This document shows positions 58,893 to 64,000 of a stretch of 64,000 nucleotides of DNA, in pieces; the first letter of the stretch is position 1; each line of letters opens with the position of its first letter. Below the pieces are notes generated by a model. That model was given only the letters and a program-made list of their open reading frames with translations, was not told the origin of the DNA and ran no database searches. Position numbers and translations under genes: made by a program. This DNA is from Torpedo marmorata (taxonomy: Eukaryota). Location: assembly GCA_977017645.1 (NCBI GenBank), contig OZ360226.1, forward strand, positions 59,458,001 through 59,522,000. Direction: 5' to 3'.

Positions 58893-60160
58893 GCTCTCCT
58901 CAAACTTTTTTACTTTTATATAGTATTTGACATTTTTTATCCCTGCTCTGCCTTTTTCATAAATGGTTTTACTGAAGCAATGCCCAACTCTGTTGCTATA
59001 TCCACTAACTGTTCCTTTTTCGCCTATTTTAAAGTATCAGGTTCGGGTCATTCCAAAAAATGTTCTACATCCATTGTTGCTGGTTTTTCATTACACACAC
59101 ACTAGCTTTTAATTAGCTTTACAAAAGGAATGTCTTAAACCAGAATGGGATTCCTTCAATTACCAAGATGGATTTTTAATTCAAATCCAAGGACGAGCCC
59201 CCAATTTTGTTACAAAATCAAAACCAGCAACGACAGAAGACGCAATGCAAAAGGGGTAAAATTGAAATTTATATTTATTAAAGACAATTAAACATATAAT
59301 TTCACAACAATTAACCCCACTATAAACGTCTATAAACACTATTCTTATCTAAAAGGTGTGTGTGTGTGTATGTGTAAAGCCAAGACCATTACAGTCTGTG
59401 TCCAACCCTCAGGTAAAAATGGAAAAACTTTCCCCAAAAACCCCAGGTCAGTCATAAAAACAAGTCAGTCAAAAAAAATATAATACAGTCCACAAAAATT
59501 CACTCTCTAAGTTCAGGTTCCAAATTCAGCTCTGTGTGCTGGTAGAAGGTATTTTCAATGAACGTTGGAGAGAGACAATGACTGTTTATGCTTATGAATA
59601 CTTGGCTTGTTTTTTCTTCTCTGATGACTTTCCCTTTTGGTAGAGATTCACGAGGATTGCAACTCCAAATCACTATACCACTGATTGAGGCGTGTACTTG
59701 GATCTCACAGCTGGTCTCGCTGATCTCACGCCTGTTCTCCACAAAAGTTGCTTTTAACTCAGGATTTTGCTGAGACAGGAGGCCATGTGCTATTCTTCCA
59801 GCCTTTTTCTCTGGGATGCACAAGCCTGAATTTTGCTGTGTTCTCCAGCCTTTGCAACTCCAAACTGCCTGCTTTTTGCAGAGGTCTGCACCTGCTTTTG
59901 CAAAAGTGCAACAAAGTATCTTTTCCACAGCCTGTCTCTCTCTCTGCTCTCTCTCTCTCTCTGGGTACACCAAATCCTGGGCAAGTTAACTCTTTCAGTA
60001 CCTCGTCCCAGTGTGTACTCCAAAAGACTTCATCCTTCCTGCTGACCGTCCACAGTCCAAATGGTCAGTCATGGTCCATAACAGATCACATAGTCTTCTA
60101 TTATAAAATGCTGAAAGGCAAACAAACTTTACAAAATATTGCTACACGGCACGCCAACCA

Positions 60161-60410
60161 CAGCACGGTTGGTGTAGCGGTTAGAGCAACGCCTTTACAG
60201 CACTAGAGGTTTGTATCCCGCGCTGTCTGTAAGGAGTTTGTACGTTCTCCCCGTGTCTGCGTGGGTTTTCCCCGGGGGGTTTCAGTTTCCTCCCACCATT
60301 CGGAATGTATCGGGGGTTGTAGGTTAATTGGGTGTAAATTGGGCGGCATGAACTCGTGGGCCAAAATGGCCTGTTACCATGCTGTATGTCTAAATTTAAT
60401 TTAATTTAAA
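60161..60410 (+). mobile_element. tRNA-derived V-SINE (HE1-like)
   Basis: A box tggtgtagcgg, degenerate B box ggtttgtatcc, V domain ggagtttgtacgttctccccgtgtctgcgtgggttt, CR1-like tail; a tail-only copy sits at about 49848-49920. Confidence 0.85.
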
Positions 60411-61049
60411 AGAAAAATGCAATCTGCAAGAAGCATCTTCTGGCAGATGTGGATGAAAGAGTCAGTCCTTCTATTGATTGATGACTACTTGATTATAAGT
60501 ATTGTATTTTTATTCAGTTTGTTCTAGTTCTATGATATGTTGTAATAATCAGCAAAGCTATTTTTCACTGTTTTGATGTTGAATGGAAGGTTTGTGTTTA
60601 ATTTCTCTGTTTTGAAATAATTTCACTTAATGGTCATTGGGGAGTTGAGCAGGATTGGGTGTTTGGTCAGGGTACTCCCTCTTAGTCTTTGGAAGTCAGT
60701 GACTCATATTCGGGCAATGGGAAATTAGTTACCCTTCATCAGGAATGCTTATATTTCAATGACTGTAGAAGATTGAAGTGGTTATAACATTAAACCAATA
60801 TGATGGATGATTTATGGAGAAACTATTTCCACTTTTGAGGGAAACAAAAAGCAAATGTACCAACTCTAGATTCATCACCTGTGCTAAAAATTAAATATAC
60901 TGACAGCTGCCAGTTGTACTCTGTTTCAAAACTTAGTTCCATTGAAATAAATAGAATTGAATTTAACAAAAATAGAATAATGCAGAGCTGCTACTAGATT
61001 GGGTATGACAACAGCATATGTTTAACTAACAGGGTTGGTGTCCAGTGGT

Positions 61050-61370
61050 CTGGACAACTGGTCTGAAGACATGAGTTAAAAATCTACAGTAGCTGTGATA
61101 TTTACCAGAAAATAAATTAATTGTGAATTTAAGAAAAGTAATATTAATAAAGCTTAATACACAAAAGTGCAGTGTTTTTTAGTAAAGCTATTGCATTGTT
61201 GTAAAATCCCATCCAGCTAATTGATATCCTTGAGAGAAATAAATCCACAAAATAAATGGTAGAGACAACATGACTCCCAGGTTTATCAGTGATTGTGTTC
61301 TAACAGTCCTCTGAAATGACCCAATATACCATTCACTCGGGGCAATGAATTCTAGCCTTTCCATGACATT
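61050..61370 (+). mobile_element. Very old SINE relic
   Basis: Degenerate gacatgagttaaaaatc, ttgttgtaaaatcccatc, cctctgaaatgacc...gggcaat blocks typical of chondrichthyan SINEs. Confidence 0.35.
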
Positions 61371-64000
61371 GATTAGAAATATATTCTGGATCTTTTTATC
61401 TCATATTTTACTTTGATCTGGCCATGCAAGAATAAAATGAGGAAGTAGTTTACACCAAAAGAGGAGAAAAAAACTGAAATGCACTTTGACTGTAATTTGT
61501 GGATGTTAGAATAATAATTGTTCTCCTGACTAGAATTGTGGAGAGTTTAGGGACAAAGGTGAGAATAGAGTTGAAGTGCAAAAGAGCAATGACCTGTTTG
61601 ATGATTGAGGAGTCCTTGGAAACTGAGGGACCTTCTTCCATTATTAATATTCTTTTCACCCTCACTTCACATTTATTTTAGCATTATTCTCAGCACGCAC
61701 TTTGAAAGGTTTTACAAATGCATCATTTTCACACAGCAACTAATATGGCTCAAGAAATGTCACGTTAGACTCCAGATGAATGTACTAATGATAGTTAAAC
61801 CTCCAAGTTAAATGTGCCCCAAATATGACTCAGATTCAAATCATCAAATGAAATGCAACTGACAAACTGTCAATGAGGTATGCAATAAGATAAAGGTGAC
61901 ACATGAAGAATGACAATAAAAGTGAATTTTCAGTTTACATGAAAGACAAATCAATCAATATCAGTGTAGTTAACTTTATATTGACTTTGTGAATTCTTCT
62001 GAACAAAAATAAAAAAATGTGTGCAACGTCTGCAACATTATGCGTCTTTTTCCTAATTGCAATGCACTTACCTCAAATTAATCACAATTTGAGCAGCATT
62101 TCATGTTGTCCAAGTTCTGTTACTGAAAATATGTTGCTTTGTACTTTTCATGGATTCAAAGAGCCTCTGCTATTGAAATGCAGGCATGTCTCTTTCTTGA
62201 AGGGTTGTCTGGTGAAGGGTGACATAGATGAGAGGCCATTTCAGCCACTGATTGATGCTGATCCGAGTATGTTCACCAAAATATCGTCAAAGACCAAGAG
62301 AGGTTTCTGAGCTACAATTTCCTGAAGCAACATGAAGGTGGGTTTCATGCATAGGAACAAGAGGAGATCATTTAACATCTCAGATCTGGTCTATCACTCA
62401 ATCAGTTTATTGCTAATACCATAAGTCAATTTTTTCCAATGTTTGTGAATATCTTTGCTATCAATCCAGCTTTCAAGTTTATTTTTGACCTGGTAGTAAT
62501 TGTTTTTTTTAAAGAGGAGCATTACAAATATAACTATGCTTTTTGCATAGAATGTTTTCTAACTTCATCCTGAAAAGTATGGATCTGACGATTAGTCTAT
62601 GTAATCTCTCCATGGGTTCCCAACAAGTTCTCTATGAAAGGAATCACAGAGGCCATCTAATCAGATGAAAGGTGAGAGGAGTTATGTATAATTGAGTTTT
62701 AGTGGACATACACTGATGTGAACACTTTATTAACTTGATTTACCTTTAACATGATCTTTTTTCACAGACCTGAGTTACTGCTGGTACAGAAGAGGGCCAT
62801 TTGCCTCTGAGGGTGATAAGCTCCATGAATGTTCTGTAAATGTACCCCGTAGAAAGACAACGATAGACTTATTAATTTTCTCATGTTGTTTGGTTTCAAA
62901 GCATGTAGTCTGCTTCCTGGAGCATTATTTGTTTCCTTTCTTCCAAAGGGTTTCATGGAAGTGGTATTGGTTAGTGATTCGTTGGGAACACACAGCTGTT
63001 TGACACAGTGCAGAAGGCATATGAAATTCAGACCACAACTCATGACCATGTTTGTTGCTTCTAGTCTACCTGTGCACTTTATTGTCTTATTGTCCATGGG
63101 ATGGAATGTATTAAGTACCCAACACTAGCTGAAGGTAGCTACTACTGATTGTAGTTATACCTACAGCTCTTAAATACAATAGGTTAATTGTTCTGCAGCC
63201 ACTGGTTTGTGAATGTTGGGTCATCAGTGGAATGGATCAGATTCACCAAAGTTACAAATGTTATTTGATGAATGTGGTACCGAAGAGGACTATCCTGTTT
63301 GCACAAACACCCAGGGATCCATTCATGTCTTATTGAAATCGCTGTGACCAGATACTATTATGCCCATATCTCAACAAGCTCATGTACTGCTTGATGTGAT
63401 GCAGGGCCATCACATACTTAGCAGCAACTTCCAGCCCAGCATTCAACATTCACCAATAACCAGCACTCACAACAACATCACGCAGCTTGCACACAGCCAG
63501 CAACACACCCAGATACTTCCCTCGCTTTTTCAAAAGAAGGTGTTAGGTAGTTGGTGTCAACAACAAAAAACCAGCAGGGAACCAACTCCTAATTGTTGGC
63601 TCAGCAGTCTAGAGAGATGACTGCCGTCCATTCATCGTACAACCATCAACATCTGTGATCAGAAGCATTCTGCACAACAAAAATCAGCAGTGAACAAAGC
63701 AGTGATTGTCAGAAAAATTGTGTCCAAACATAATCCTCATGACATTCTATTTCATCATCAGCATACAATCTTTTCTGACTTTGGAGGCTATGCCTCTTTC
63801 TTGCCTCCTTCTCCTTATCATGATCTCACCCTATGCCTTTTAAGTTTAATTGTCACAAAATACCGAGTACATAATTCTTCTAGCATTATGTACAGCCTTT
63901 TAAAGAGCACAATTACAAAGTATAGGATTACACTGAAAAGAAAGTTCAATCAGCTCCAGGCAAGGGCAGCATGAGAGAACTGTTATGGAGTTCATTCAGG

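Larger units (their letters stand above)
54106..60083 (-). mobile_element. Gmr1-like Gypsy element (order gag-PR-IN-[RT deleted]-RNaseH)
   Basis: About 875-bp LTRs 54106-54980 and 59208-60083; TSD gacc/gatc; PBS TGGGGGCTCGTCC (tRNA-Pro type); PPT gtgggtggcagg; QDTGA protease; IN at 56401-56883 lies upstream of RNaseH (VDAS, YTDHNPL). Confidence 0.95.

Noticed and set aside
60161-60230. tRNA gene
   Set aside because: It is the tRNA-derived head of a V-SINE, with a degenerate B box and no cloverleaf.
60708-60744. Minus-strand CTGATGA-AGGGTAA...TTGCCC-GAATA hammerhead-like motif
   Set aside because: The GAAA core is broken and there is no Penelope context, so it cannot be distinguished from chance.

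Overview
This is eukaryotic DNA, mostly transposable elements, probably from a cartilaginous fish (inferred from HE1/V-SINE, DeuSINE, CR1 and Penelope families). It appears to lie in the introns of an unidentified minus-strand host gene, with three phase-compatible candidate exons. Main observations: (1) a very young non-autonomous BEL/Pao LTR element (32061-38032) has one intact ORF of SAP domain + Gag + protease fused in frame to what looks like captured host MIPOL1 coiled-coil sequence, in place of RT/RNaseH/integrase. (2) This BEL element and an intact Gypsy element (23962-28634, identical LTRs) both lack a tRNA primer-binding site; the PBS position is instead complementary to their own LTR, suggesting self-priming. 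(3) The intact Gypsy sits inside a 228-bp open candidate host exon. (4) A four-level nested insertion stack spans 7590-17524. (5) A Gmr1-type element, Penelope insertions with hammerhead-like motifs, L1, hAT and Chapaev3 elements are also present. All homologies were recognised by eye or from memory; no database searches were run.
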